A stretch of DNA of 64,000 nucleotides from NCBI GenBank assembly GCA_965232515.1, contig CBDDPY010000002.1:704001-768000 (forward strand), written 5' to 3'. Positions 20,555 through 32,755 of this stretch are shown here, one piece after another. Below the pieces are notes generated by a model. The model was not told where the DNA came from and searched no databases. It saw only the letters and a list, made by a program, of their open reading frames with translations. A program made the position numbers and the translations under genes. Source of the stretch: Alphaproteobacteria bacterium (lineage in GTDB: Bacteria; Pseudomonadota; Alphaproteobacteria; GCA-2731375). Numbering within the stretch: position 1 is the stretch's first letter; the number at the start of each line of letters is the position of its first letter.

Positions 20555-21923
20555 CTTCGACGCGACCGTCCTCCGCGAATACGACATTCGCGGCGTTGTC
20601 GGCAGCACGATCGGTGAGGCGGATGCCTATGCCATCGGCCGCGGCTTCGCGACCATCGCCGGCCGCAACGGCGGCAAGCGGGTCTGCGTCGGCTATGACG
20701 GCCGGCTGACCTCGCCCGGCCTGGCGGACGCGCTGATCGAGGGGTTGCGGGCGGCAGGCGCCGACGTGCTCAGGATCGGCCGCGGCCCGACGCCGATGCT
20801 CTATTTCTCGGTCTATCACCTCGGCGCCGACGGCGGCATCATGATCACCGGATCGCACAATCCGCCGGACTATAACGGCTTCAAGATGATGCTGGGCAAG
20901 GGGCCGTTTTTTGGCGATCAGATCCAGGAGATCGGCCGGCTGGCCGCCGGCGGAGATTGGGCCGACGGCGCCGGCGGGCTCGAGGATGTCTCGGTGTTCG
21001 ACGCCTATGTCGACGAGCTGGCCGCGGCCTACACGGCGGACAAGCCGCTCGCGGTTGCCTGGGATTGCGGGCACGGCGTCACCGGCGACACCATGCCGGC
21101 CCTGATCGGGCGGCTGCCGGGCCGGCACTCCATGCTGTTCGAACGGGTTGACGGCTCGTTTCCGGCGCACCATCCGGACCCGACGGTCGAGGAGAACCTG
21201 GTCGACCTGCAAAAGGCGGTCGCCGACGAGGGGCTCGATGTGGGCATTGCCTTCGACGGCGACGGCGACAGGATCGGCGTGATCGACAATCTCGGCCGGA
21301 TCCTGTGGGGCGATCAACTGCTGGCGCTGCTGGCCCGCGACGTGCTGCGGGACCGGCCCGGCGCGACGATCATCGCCGATGTGAAGGCGAGCCAGGTGCT
21401 GTTCGACGACATCGCCAAATCGGGCGGCACGCCGATGATGTTCAAAACCGGTCATTCGCTGATCAAGAGCAAGATGGCCGAGATCGGCTCGCCGCTCGCC
21501 GGCGAGATGAGCGGTCATATCTTCTTCGCCGACAAGTATTACGGCTTCGACGACGCGCTCTATGTGGCGGTGCGGTTCCTCGATATCGTCGCACGCAGCG
21601 GCAAGAGCGCGGCCGAGCTGCGCGATACGCTGCCGCAGGTCGTGAACACGCCGGAAGTGCGGTTCGACTGCGACGACGCCACGAAATTCAGCATCGTCGA
21701 GGACGTGAAGGCGCGTCTTGCCGAGCAGCAGGCCGATGTCAACGATATCGACGGCGTCCGCGTGACGACGCCCGACGGCTGGTGGCTGCTCAGGGCGTCG
21801 AACACGCAACCGGTGCTGGTTGTGCGTTGCGAGGCGGCGGACGAGGCCGGGCTCGGCCGGCTGAAGTCGGCGGTGAAGGACGCGCTGGCGCCGAGCGGCA
21901 TTGCCGCGCCGGCGGGTTTCTGA
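20541..21923 (+). CDS. Phosphomannomutase/phosphoglucomutase
   Basis: REYDIRG, TGSHNP, FDGDGDR, GEMSGH, RASNT. Confidence 0.93.
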   Translation: MQRHNFDATVLREYDIRGVVGSTIGEADAYAIGRGFATIAGRNGGKRVCVGYDGRLTSPGLADALIEGLRAAGADVLRIGRGPTPMLYFSVYHLGADGGIMITGSHNPPDYNGFKMMLGKGPFFGDQIQEIGRLAAGGDWADGAGGLEDVSVFDAYVDELAAAYTADKPLAVAWDCGHGVTGDTMPALIGRLPGRHSMLFERVDGSFPAHHPDPTVEENLVDLQKAVADEGLDVGIAFDGDGDRIGVIDNLGRILWGDQLLALLARDVLRDRPGATIIADVKASQVLFDDIAKSGGTPMMFKTGHSLIKSKMAEIGSPLAGEMSGHIFFADKYYGFDDALYVAVRFLDIVARSGKSAAELRDTLPQVVNTPEVRFDCDDATKFSIVEDVKARLAEQQADVNDIDGVRVTTPDGWWLLRASNTQPVLVVRCEAADEAGLGRLKSAVKDALAPSGIAAPAGF

Positions 21924-21926
21924 GCT

Positions 21927-22109
21927 CTACGGCGCCGCGCGAAGGAGGCGCGCTTCGCTCGCGGTGATGATTTCGGGCGATGCGGCTTTGTCGCCCGAGG
22001 CGGCCGGTTGCAGGGGCAGGGACAGCACCAGCGCGATTAGCGTCGCGGCGGCCGCCAGGCCGAGCTCGATGAACAGGTTGCGGCGCTTGGCGCTTCCGAA
22101 TTTGAACAT
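21927..22109 (-). CDS. Small hypothetical single-TM/secreted protein (60 aa)
   Basis: Basic N-terminus then a hydrophobic helix; GGAG upstream; fills the intergenic gap. Confidence 0.45.
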   Translation of the reverse strand: MFKFGSAKRRNLFIELGLAAAATLIALVLSLPLQPAASGDKAASPEIITASEARLLRAAP

Positions 22110-22209
22110 TCCAAATAGGCTCCCAGGGGGACAAGGTTCCGTGTCTGACGGTCATTTTTGGGGCGTTAACTTTTCCGCTTGATGTCCGTATCGGGGAAAA
22201 ACGTTTCGC

Positions 22210-23427
22210 TTATTTCCGTTTCGACCAGGGCGACAGGTACCAGGCGAGCGCCAGGGACTGGGTCGTGATCGTGGTCCAGAAGGCGGCCATGTAGGCGGCG
22301 GCCGGGTAGGCGCCGCCGGCGTCGGGCGGCCAGAGGTCGATGATGGCGCCGAGGCCGGCCTGATAGCTGAAGGCGGCCGAGAACACCATGACGTTCGCCG
22401 CCGTGTTGGCGCGGCCGATATGGGTTTCCGGGAAATGCTGGGCCAGCGCCGCGAACACCAGCGACGTCAGCGTCGAGAGGAAGCCGTAGGCGCACCAGAG
22501 CAGGTAGGTCCGATCGGTGATTTGCAGCACGATGGCGACCTGCGAGAGCACGAACAGCGCGGCGCCGAGGCCGATGGTGCCGCTCAAGGACAGGCCGAGG
22601 CGCTGCATGAGGCCGGCGACGGCGCCGGAGGACGCCATGCCGATGGTCAGCGCCACGGCCATGAACAGCAGGTGGCGGGCGACCTCGCCGCTGTCGTAGC
22701 CGCTGACGTCGGCCAACCATGGCCCGGCCCAGAGGCCTTGCACGGCCATGTTCGACGACGAGCAGGTGAACATCAGCGGCACGATGCGCCAGAAAAACCG
22801 GTCGCGGTAGATCGCGCCGAGCGCCCGCATCTGGACGCGGAAGGTGCCGCCGGACGCGGTGCCTGGCTTCTCCGGCACGGCCACGAAGATCAGGCAGGCC
22901 ATCACGAAGGTACAGGCGCCGAGGCCGAGGAACAGCGTCCGCCAGTCAATGATCCCCAGCAGGAATTCGACCGGCACCGTCGAGCCGATGGCGCCGAGGC
23001 CGCCGCTGGCGAGATACCAACCGTTGACGAGCGCGATGCGGTTGCGCGGGAACCAGAGCACGATGGCCTTCAGCGCCGCCATCAGACCGCCCGAGACGCC
23101 GGCGCCGATCAGCGCCCGGCCGAGCGTCAGCGTGGCGGCGCTGTCGCCGAGCGCGAACGTGACGGCGCCGAGCGCCGCGACCGAATAGAGCGTCGCCTGC
23201 ACGCGCCGCGGCCCGAACCGGTCGAGCAGCATGCCGAGCGGGATCTGCGAGGCCGCGAAGGTCAGGAAATAGGCTGAAGTGAGAAAGCCCAGCTCGGCCG
23301 CGCCGAGGCCGATATCGGCCCGCAGATGCGGCGCGACGACGGCATTGATGGTTCGGAACAGGTAGGAAAAGAAATAGCCGCAGGCGAACGGCAGGAACAC
23401 GACCAACATGGCGCGCGCGAACGTCAT
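22210..23427 (-). CDS. MFS transporter
   Basis: About 12 TMs, motif A GMLLDRFGPRR. Confidence 0.9.
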   Translation of the reverse strand: MTFARAMLVVFLPFACGYFFSYLFRTINAVVAPHLRADIGLGAAELGFLTSAYFLTFAASQIPLGMLLDRFGPRRVQATLYSVAALGAVTFALGDSAATLTLGRALIGAGVSGGLMAALKAIVLWFPRNRIALVNGWYLASGGLGAIGSTVPVEFLLGIIDWRTLFLGLGACTFVMACLIFVAVPEKPGTASGGTFRVQMRALGAIYRDRFFWRIVPLMFTCSSSNMAVQGLWAGPWLADVSGYDSGEVARHLLFMAVALTIGMASSGAVAGLMQRLGLSLSGTIGLGAALFVLSQVAIVLQITDRTYLLWCAYGFLSTLTSLVFAALAQHFPETHIGRANTAANVMVFSAAFSYQAGLGAIIDLWPPDAGGAYPAAAYMAAFWTTITTQSLALAWYLSPWSKRK

Positions 23428-23432
23428 CGGGA

Positions 23433-24488
23433 TCAGGCGGCCTCGGAACGTCGCGGCGCGAAAACCTCGACCGGCGCCTGGCGTCCGCGTAGCTCGATGC
23501 TGCCGAGGCTCTGCGCGTCGATGTCGGCGGGTAGATGCAGCCGGTGGCGCAGGTCGGCGGACATCAGGACCGGCTGGCCGAGGTCGCGGCAGGCTTCTTC
23601 CAGGCGCGCCGTGGTGTTGACGGTATCGCCGAGCACGACGATCTCCTGCTTCTGATCGCCCATTTCGCCGACGACGACCAGGCCGCAGTGAAGCGCGGCG
23701 CGAAACTCGGGCGCCACGCCATATTTGCGCAGGTAGGCGTCCTTGCGATCCGCCAGATAGTCGAGCATGTCGAAATAGCAGGTCAGGCAGCGCGCCCGCT
23801 CGACGCCGACGGCGAGCGGCCAGGTGACGATCACCTCGTCGCCGACATAGGTGTAGATCTGTCCGCGCGCGGCCTGGATCGGCTCACTCAGATCGACGAA
23901 GAAATCGTTGAGAAGAGCGTGAAACCGGACGGGCCCGATGCGCTCGGCGATCCGCGTCGAGCCGATCAGATCGACGAACAGGAAGACGCGTTCCTCCTCG
24001 CGCGGCCGGTGGTAGCGGCCGGCGACGAAGTTGGCGAGAACGTTCTGGCCCAAGAGCCGGTTGATCTCGATCAGCAGATTGACGACGAAGGCGATCAGCA
24101 GCGAAAGGACAAAGGTGATCAGGAACTCGGTGCTGCGGATATTCCAACCTTCATCGCCGTGATAGGCGGCGAAAACCTCGGACCAGACGATCAGGTTGAG
24201 CAGGACGCCGAATACGTAGTAGCTGGTCTTGGCGGCGATATGGATGCTGAACGGCGCTCGCCGCACGCTTCGGAACCAGGGATGGTCGGCCAGGATGAGA
24301 TCGTAGCCGGCGCACCAGGCGCTGATGCAGGCGCCGGTGATCGCCCCCTGGGCGATGCCGGGCCAGTGCAGCTGTTCCGCCAGCGACGAGCCGATCAACA
24401 GCCCATAGATGGCGCCGCCCACCGTCGCGCTGGCGACGATGACAAAAAACAGGCGAAGCTCGCTTTTCCGGCGGGCGCTGCGCGACAT
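23433..24488 (-). CDS. Membrane-bound class III nucleotidyl cyclase
   Basis: 4 N-terminal TMs; FVDLIGST, YVGDE, GDTVNTTARLE. Confidence 0.88.
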   Translation of the reverse strand: MSRSARRKSELRLFFVIVASATVGGAIYGLLIGSSLAEQLHWPGIAQGAITGACISAWCAGYDLILADHPWFRSVRRAPFSIHIAAKTSYYVFGVLLNLIVWSEVFAAYHGDEGWNIRSTEFLITFVLSLLIAFVVNLLIEINRLLGQNVLANFVAGRYHRPREEERVFLFVDLIGSTRIAERIGPVRFHALLNDFFVDLSEPIQAARGQIYTYVGDEVIVTWPLAVGVERARCLTCYFDMLDYLADRKDAYLRKYGVAPEFRAALHCGLVVVGEMGDQKQEIVVLGDTVNTTARLEEACRDLGQPVLMSADLRHRLHLPADIDAQSLGSIELRGRQAPVEVFAPRRSEAA

Positions 24489-24565
24489 GTGGAACCGTTG
24501 TGGCAGGGCGTTGACCTGGGGCGCGCTATACTATGCGCCAGAGCAGTATTGAGAAAGGCGTGACA

Positions 24566-25486
24566 GTGGCAGTGACCGGCGACGGATCGATCGATGTTTC
24601 AACTGACGTCCGCGCGGCGCTCGACGCGGGCCGGCCGGTCGTGGCGCTGGAATCCAGCATCGTCGCCCAGGGCTTCCCGCAACCGCAGAACCGCGAGGTC
24701 GGCCTTGGCATGCTGGCGGCCGTGCGCGACGGCGGCGCGGTGCCGGCGATGACGGCCGTGATCGACGGCCGGATCAAGCTTGGTCTGGACGAAACGGCGC
24801 TCGACCGGCTCGCATTCGAGGACAGCATCAAGTGTTCGGCACAGGACCTGGGTATGGCCATGGCAAGCGGCGTTACCGGCGCCACGACCGTGGCCGCGAC
24901 ACTGCGCATCGCCGCGACCGCCGGCGTCCGGGTCTTCGCCACCGGCGGCATCGGCGGCGTGCATCCCGGCACCGGGGCGCCTGACATCTCGGCCGACCTG
25001 CCGGAGCTGGGACGCTGCCCGGTCGCGGTGATCTGCAGCGGCGCGAAATCGGTGCTCGACCTGCCGGCCACGCTGGAGCGATTGGAGACCGAGGGCGTGC
25101 CGGTGATCGGCGTCGGCTGCGACGAGCTGCCGGCTTTCCACACGCGCAGCAGCGGCCTGGCGCTGAAGTACCGCATGGACGACATGGGCGAGCTGGCCCG
25201 CGCCGCGACCGCGCACTGGTCCCTGCCCGGCGCCGGCGCGGTTCTGGTCTGCAATCCGCCGCCGGCTGACGCCGCGTTGGACCGGGAAGAACTCGATGGC
25301 CTGGTCGCGGAAGCCCTCGCCGAAGCGGGCCGCGACGGCATCCGCGGCGATGCGGTGACGCCCTATGTATTGGCGGCGTTAAATCGCTTGTCGAACGGCC
25401 GCACGCTCAAGGTGAACCATGCGCTAGCCGTCGGCAATGCGGCGCTGGGCGCGCGCTTGGCCGTGGCGATGGCAGCGGCCGATTAG
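24566..25486 (+). CDS. psuG: Pseudouridine-5'-phosphate glycosidase family protein
   Basis: PVVALESS, GATTVAAT, FATGGIGGVH, DISADL, SGAKSVLD; start uncertain (24533-24572). Confidence 0.85.
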   Translation: MAVTGDGSIDVSTDVRAALDAGRPVVALESSIVAQGFPQPQNREVGLGMLAAVRDGGAVPAMTAVIDGRIKLGLDETALDRLAFEDSIKCSAQDLGMAMASGVTGATTVAATLRIAATAGVRVFATGGIGGVHPGTGAPDISADLPELGRCPVAVICSGAKSVLDLPATLERLETEGVPVIGVGCDELPAFHTRSSGLALKYRMDDMGELARAATAHWSLPGAGAVLVCNPPPADAALDREELDGLVAEALAEAGRDGIRGDAVTPYVLAALNRLSNGRTLKVNHALAVGNAALGARLAVAMAAAD

Positions 25487-26778
25487 CCTTTCGAGACAGG
25501 ATCGGTGGAAGCGAGAGCGGCCGGCGGCACCGGCACACAGCCGATCCGCTTGCGCTCCAGCGCCGCGCAGGCATTCCGGGCTTCGTCTTCGTCGTAGCCG
25601 ATAAGCCGGGCGCGATAGAGGCGGGCGTCGCCGTCCTGGAACGGTTCGATCGAGACGGCGCTGTGGGTCAGGTCGTCGGGCAGGACGCCAGCTGCTCTCA
25701 GGACACGTTTTTGCGCCGACTCGTATTGCTTGAAGGCGCCGACCTGGACGGACCATTGATTGTCGACATTGGCCGGCGCAAATCGGAACGAGGTCTTGCT
25801 GCCCTGCTCGACCGGCAGTTCGGGCGCCGCCTCGTCGCCGCTCGCGGTCTCGATCGCAGCGACCACGTTGCCGTCGCCCGGCTGCGGCCGAAACGGTGGA
25901 GCCGGCACCTTCATCAGCGCGGCGATGGCCTGCTCGCGCTCGATCTTGCGGAAGGCCTTGTCGAGCAGGCCGCGCATATGCCGATCGCGGCTCGTTGCCG
26001 TGCGGCCGCCGATCACGACGCCGATCACGCGGTTGCCGTTGCGCTCGACCGACGAGACCAAGTTGAAGCCCGACGCGCGGGTGTAGCCGGTCTTGATGCC
26101 GTCGGTGCCTTTGTAGCGGCTCAGAAGACGGTTGTGGTTGCGGAACGTACGCTTGCCGTAGCTGAACTTACGGCGCGAGAAGTAGTGGTAGTACTGCGGG
26201 TGCGCGGCCTGTATCGCCTGCGCCAGCGTCGCCATGTCGCGCGCCGTGCTGAGCTGTCGCCGGTTCGGCAGGCCCGACGCGTTGCGGAATGTTGTCCGCT
26301 TCATGCCCAGATCGCGGGCCTTGCGGGTCATCATCTGCGCGAACTGGGACTCCGTGCCGCCGAGATGCTCGGCAAGGACAGTGGCGGCGTCGTTGGCGGA
26401 CTTCGTGACCAGCGCCAGAATGGCGTCCTCGACGCGGATCGTCCGTCCGGCGCGGAGCCCGAGTTTGGAGGGCGTCTGGCCTGCGGCGCGCTTGGACACC
26501 CTCAGCTTGGTGTCGAGCGTGAGCTTGCCCGACTCGAGCGCCTCGAAGGTCAGGTACAGCGTCATGATCTTGGTCAGCGAAGCCGGATAGACGCGCCGGT
26601 CGGGATTGCTCGCGTGCAGAACGCGGCCAGTCTCGCCGTCGATCACGATCGAGGCGTAGCGGCGGGCGTCCGCATTGTCGGAGAACGTCAAGCTGGCCAG
26701 GAAAAGGACCAGCGACAGGGCCGCCAATCTCAGCGCCCGACAGGCCGACGGCGCGAAGCTTCGATGGTGATCGATCAA
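25483..26778 (-). CDS. D-alanyl-D-alanine carboxypeptidase (S11) with C-terminal SPOR domain
   Basis: PASLTK, SAN, KTG motifs; WSVQVGAF..YRARL SPOR domain; TTG 26778 preceded by GAGG. Confidence 0.9.
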   Translation of the reverse strand: MIDHHRSFAPSACRALRLAALSLVLFLASLTFSDNADARRYASIVIDGETGRVLHASNPDRRVYPASLTKIMTLYLTFEALESGKLTLDTKLRVSKRAAGQTPSKLGLRAGRTIRVEDAILALVTKSANDAATVLAEHLGGTESQFAQMMTRKARDLGMKRTTFRNASGLPNRRQLSTARDMATLAQAIQAAHPQYYHYFSRRKFSYGKRTFRNHNRLLSRYKGTDGIKTGYTRASGFNLVSSVERNGNRVIGVVIGGRTATSRDRHMRGLLDKAFRKIEREQAIAALMKVPAPPFRPQPGDGNVVAAIETASGDEAAPELPVEQGSKTSFRFAPANVDNQWSVQVGAFKQYESAQKRVLRAAGVLPDDLTHSAVSIEPFQDGDARLYRARLIGYDEDEARNACAALERKRIGCVPVPPAALASTDPVSKG

Positions 26779-27044
26779 GACTACCTCACGCCCGATACCA
26801 ACATCATCGGCCTGATACACACGCGGAACGAAATCTTACGATTCGAACCAAAGTGTAGAAAGACGACATATAAGCCTACAAGTCAAATGTCGTCTTCAGG
26901 CCCAACGTTGACTTACGCACCGACACCATCGGACGACACCAACTTCAGCCCGACGCCGAGCAATGCCTCACAGGTCTCGGATGCTCTCAAACCGTGGTTA
27001 ATATTGCCTTGAAACCAACCGTTTACCCTGCCAGTTAAAATGCA

Positions 27045-27746
27045 ATGCTTCGGAACCTCCTGTCACTTCTTTTGTTCGTGAGCGTGGCGTCCGGCTGCGC
27101 CAGCCGTGGGGCCGTCGACGATCCAGTCGTTCGCAGCTTTACCTGGTATTCCTACGTCGGCGGCGAGGACATCAAGGCCGTCTGCGCGCCGGGCGCCAGC
27201 GACCGTTATCGCTTCGTCTACAACGGCGTCTGGGACGAGCAGGTCCGGACCTACGACGTCGCCGGCAGCGCCACGGGGCAGGGGGCCGTCGCCAAGGCGC
27301 GTGTATTTGGCGAGTTCGACTTAAGAAATTTCGCGCTAACGAGCCCGCAATCGGTCTGGCAAGGCGCCAGTTCGCGAGCCAGCCTGACCGAAGACGCCTT
27401 CGACACGCTGCGCCGGATCGTCGCCGAGAGCCCATTCGAGGGACCGACGCCCGACGGCAAGTTCCTGCGCTCGGACGAGTTCTACTGGGCGGTCAGCGCC
27501 TGCCGCGGCGGCCGGTTCCATTTCAATGCCTGGACCGGCGATATGGCCGAATTCGACGAACTGCCGTTCTTCGACCTGCTGCTGCCGCTGGACGGCACCA
27601 ACGTCGCCGTCAACCCGCCCCGACGGCTGTACCTGGGCCCGTTCCAGAACACGCCCCAGCGGTTTCGCACGGCCGGCAGCGCGACCCAGTACTTCCAGCT
27701 GCAGGTCGGCGAGAACGGCCTCCGCCTCGGTCCGACGCTCTTCTGA
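27045..27746 (+). CDS. Hypothetical lipoprotein
   Basis: Signal peptide with lipobox ASGC; codon usage like the host. Confidence 0.7.
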   Translation: MLRNLLSLLLFVSVASGCASRGAVDDPVVRSFTWYSYVGGEDIKAVCAPGASDRYRFVYNGVWDEQVRTYDVAGSATGQGAVAKARVFGEFDLRNFALTSPQSVWQGASSRASLTEDAFDTLRRIVAESPFEGPTPDGKFLRSDEFYWAVSACRGGRFHFNAWTGDMAEFDELPFFDLLLPLDGTNVAVNPPRRLYLGPFQNTPQRFRTAGSATQYFQLQVGENGLRLGPTLF

Positions 27747-27779
27747 TGTACGGTTAACGGCCCAAACGGGCCCACCGAA

Positions 27780-27871
27780 ATGCATCGCAGCATTTTTTGT
27801 TGCGGCGCACAAAATAGTCCTTGACACCCGACCGCTACTGCCTATTTTTACGTCATGTTGCACTGCAACAT
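27780..27871 (+). promoter_or_regulatory. Phasin promoter with three PhaR-type TGC-N3-GCA boxes
   Basis: TGCATCGCA (27781), TGCGGCGCA (27801), palindrome ATGTTGCACTGCAACAT (27855-27871); TTGACA at 27821. Confidence 0.65.
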
Positions 27872-27941
27872 CGGCAGGACAGCGTATTCGTCGTGCAGGT
27901 CTCGCGTACCAAGCCAACGCATAGGGGCTCAGGATTAGGAA

Positions 27942-28448
27942 ATGACGACTAAATCGACCAAAAAGACCACTGACACGGCATCGCAGACCGTCGAGGCCGT
28001 GGTCGCGGCCGGCCAGGAAGCCACCGAGAGCTTCGTGAAAGCCGCCACCGAGAATTACGAGAAGATGTTCACGACCGCGAAAGAGAAGGTGGACGAAGCC
28101 GTGAAAGGCTACGACCAGTTCGCCGTTTTCGGGAAAGAGAACGTCGAGGCCTTCGTCGCCGCCGGCAACGTCGCCACCAAGGGCATGGAGAGCCTGACGG
28201 CCGAGTGGATGACCTACGGCAAGCAGTCGATCGAGGACAGCATCTCGGCGACCAAGGCGATGATGGGCGCCAAGACCCTGCAGGAGCTGATCGACCTGCA
28301 GACGGCGTTCACCAAGAGCTCGCTCGACTCGTTCGTTAACCAGGGCACCAAGGTGACCGAGCTGACCGCCAAGGTCGCCCAGGACACCTTTGCGCCGATC
28401 AACGGCCGCGTGAATGCCGCCGTGGACAAGGTTGTAAAAGCCGCGTAA
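27942..28448 (+). CDS. phaP: Phasin family protein
   Basis: Ala/Lys-rich helical protein; FGKENVEAF, AKTLQELIDLQ, PINGRV; upstream of clpS. Confidence 0.85.
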   Translation: MTTKSTKKTTDTASQTVEAVVAAGQEATESFVKAATENYEKMFTTAKEKVDEAVKGYDQFAVFGKENVEAFVAAGNVATKGMESLTAEWMTYGKQSIEDSISATKAMMGAKTLQELIDLQTAFTKSSLDSFVNQGTKVTELTAKVAQDTFAPINGRVNAAVDKVVKAA

Positions 28449-28472
28449 CTGGCGCCGCCATAGCGCGGATTG

Positions 28473-28509
28473 AAAGGGCCCGGTACCTCCTCCCACCGGG
28501 CCCTTTTTT
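28473..28509 (+). terminator. Intrinsic terminator after phasin
   Basis: AAAGGGCCCGGT-loop-ACCGGGCCCTTTTTT. Confidence 0.85.
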
Positions 28510-28689
28510 AATGGGTTTATGGTAGACTGGGTCGATGTCGCCAATCGGCGTCCGCCGGCCCGGGTTTCCGGCATTCTGGCCGCCAAAACCGGCGGGATGC
28601 GGACAATTACCCATGGCCCCTTCCAATGGGCCTCCGATGCCCGATATTATGATGTGTGATTCAGACAGGCCTGAATAACTGTACCCACC

Positions 28690-29021
28690 ATGAGCGACGA
28701 GGAGCGAAATAACGGACCGAAGACCGGTAATACTACGGGGGTTGTCACCGCAACCAAGCCGAAAACCAAAAAGCCTTCAATGTATAAGGTGCTGCTTCTT
28801 AATGACGACTACACGCCGATGGAGTTCGTCGTTCACATTCTGGAGCGGTTTTTCTTCAAAAGCCGAGAGGAAGCCACCGAGATTATGCTGCATGTGCATC
28901 GAAGGGGCATCGGTATTTGCGGCGTCTACACCTACGATATTGCCGAAACCAAGGTCACTCAGGTGATGGAGTTCTCCCGAAAGCACCAACACCCGCTGCA
29001 GTGTACGATGGAAAAAGAATA

Positions 29022-29022
<1 letters not shown>
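28690..29022 (+). CDS. clpS: ATP-dependent Clp protease adaptor
   Basis: [31 protein letters not shown]. Confidence 0.95.
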
Positions 29023-31364
<2,342 letters not shown>

Positions 31365-31448
31365 GGGCATTTGAAACCGAATTGCGGTCGCGGTTTTTCC
31401 GCAAGGGCTTCGCAACCGAAATTCCAGCCGAGGCGAATAGGCCACATA

Positions 31449-31524
31449 TTCGTCATACCGGCGGAGGCCGGTATCCACGGCTCCGGTCGTGCCAATGGAC
31501 CCTGGCCTCCGCCAGGGTGACGAA
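31449..31524. repeat. Inverted REP doublet (alphaproteobacterial CGTCA-type)
   Basis: CGTCATACCGGCGGAGGCCGGTATCCA ... TGGACCCTGGCCTCCGCCAGGGTGACG between convergent genes. Confidence 0.75.
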
Positions 31525-31576
31525 ATTACTTTAGATTCAATGCCTTATTGAAGGGGCACGGGCGGCACTGTCGGCC

Positions 31577-32245
31577 TCAACCGTCGCGGGCCTTGCGGGC
31601 CCGGTTGGCCCACTCGACCGCTTTGTTCTCGTCGACCGCAAGCCCCAATTCGCCTTCGAGGTAGGCACGGCGAAGGCGTAGCATTGCGCCGTGATGGCCG
31701 GCGTCGGCGGCACGGTTCAACCAACGCACCGCTTGGCTGGAGTCTTTCGAGACGCCGGTGCCGCGTTCGTACATGCCGGCAACCTCGTCCATGGCGATGA
31801 CGTCGCCAAGCTCGGCCAGTCGCAGGGCGTAGCGAAAAGCCGGCGCCGACCGACCCAGATGCTGGTGCATGACCACGGCCAAGGCCAATGTATTGCGGTG
31901 ATCCGGATCGAGCGCCAGCGCTCGCTCGACATGCGGCAGGGAATCCGCATAGCGGTTGATCGTGCCGAGCGCCACCGCGAGCAGGAAATGCGATTGCGCA
32001 TCGTCCGGTGCGAGGGCGGCTGCCCGTCGGTACTGGCTAACGGCGTGCTCTTCGTCGCCGGCGCTCAACAGGGCGAGGGCGTAGTGCCGGTGAAGGGCGA
32101 CGTCGTCGGGTGTGGCGCGCAGGGCCTGTTCGCAGGCAGCCTTGCCGCCCTGCGCGGCCTCAGCGGCGCACCGCGCCGCCAAGTCGGCGGCGTGTGCCGA
32201 TGTTGAGACAGCAAGCAACACGACAAGCGCTAGATAGGCCCTCAA
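31577..32245 (-). CDS. Exported TPR/Sel1-repeat protein
   Basis: Signal peptide, TPR pattern (ALALDPD), Sel1 pattern (MYERGTGVSKDSSQAVRWLNRAADAG). Confidence 0.8.
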   Translation of the reverse strand: MRAYLALVVLLAVSTSAHAADLAARCAAEAAQGGKAACEQALRATPDDVALHRHYALALLSAGDEEHAVSQYRRAAALAPDDAQSHFLLAVALGTINRYADSLPHVERALALDPDHRNTLALAVVMHQHLGRSAPAFRYALRLAELGDVIAMDEVAGMYERGTGVSKDSSQAVRWLNRAADAGHHGAMLRLRRAYLEGELGLAVDENKAVEWANRARKARDG

Positions 32246-32664
32246 GACATGGCCTCGCGAATGCGGGCGGCCGTGGCCTCGATTTGGGTCATGTCGCCGG
32301 GATTGTGGCCCCAGTTCAATTGCGCGTTGTCGTCGAGCCGCCGCGGAAAGATGTGGAAGTGAAAATGGAACACTGTCTGTCCGGCGCCGGGGCCGTTGGC
32401 CTGGATGAGGTTGATGCCGTCGGGCGCGATGGCTTTCTCGACCGCGGCGGCGACGCGTTTGGCGGCGGCGACGGCAGCACCAAGATCGGCGTCCGGCGCG
32501 GCGAACAGGTTTTCGTAGTGCTCCTTGGTGATGACCAGACAGTGACCCTCGTTGAAGGGATTGACGTCCATAAACGACAGGACACGGTCGTCTTCGAAGA
32601 GCTTGAACGACGGGATCTCGCCCGCGACGATCTTGCAGAAAATGCAGTTCGGATCGGTCGGCAT
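32242..32664 (-). CDS. HIT family protein
   Basis: CIFCKI, GQTVFHFHFHIFPR histidine triad. Confidence 0.92.
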   Translation of the reverse strand: MPTDPNCIFCKIVAGEIPSFKLFEDDRVLSFMDVNPFNEGHCLVITKEHYENLFAAPDADLGAAVAAAKRVAAAVEKAIAPDGINLIQANGPGAGQTVFHFHFHIFPRRLDDNAQLNWGHNPGDMTQIEATAARIREAMS

Positions 32665-32755
32665 GCCGTGCGCCTCCGTGCCGTCGGCGAATGATGGTCC
32701 GGATTCTAGCGATTGAACGATTCTTGAACCAGCGCCGCGCGTTTATGGAGCGTCG

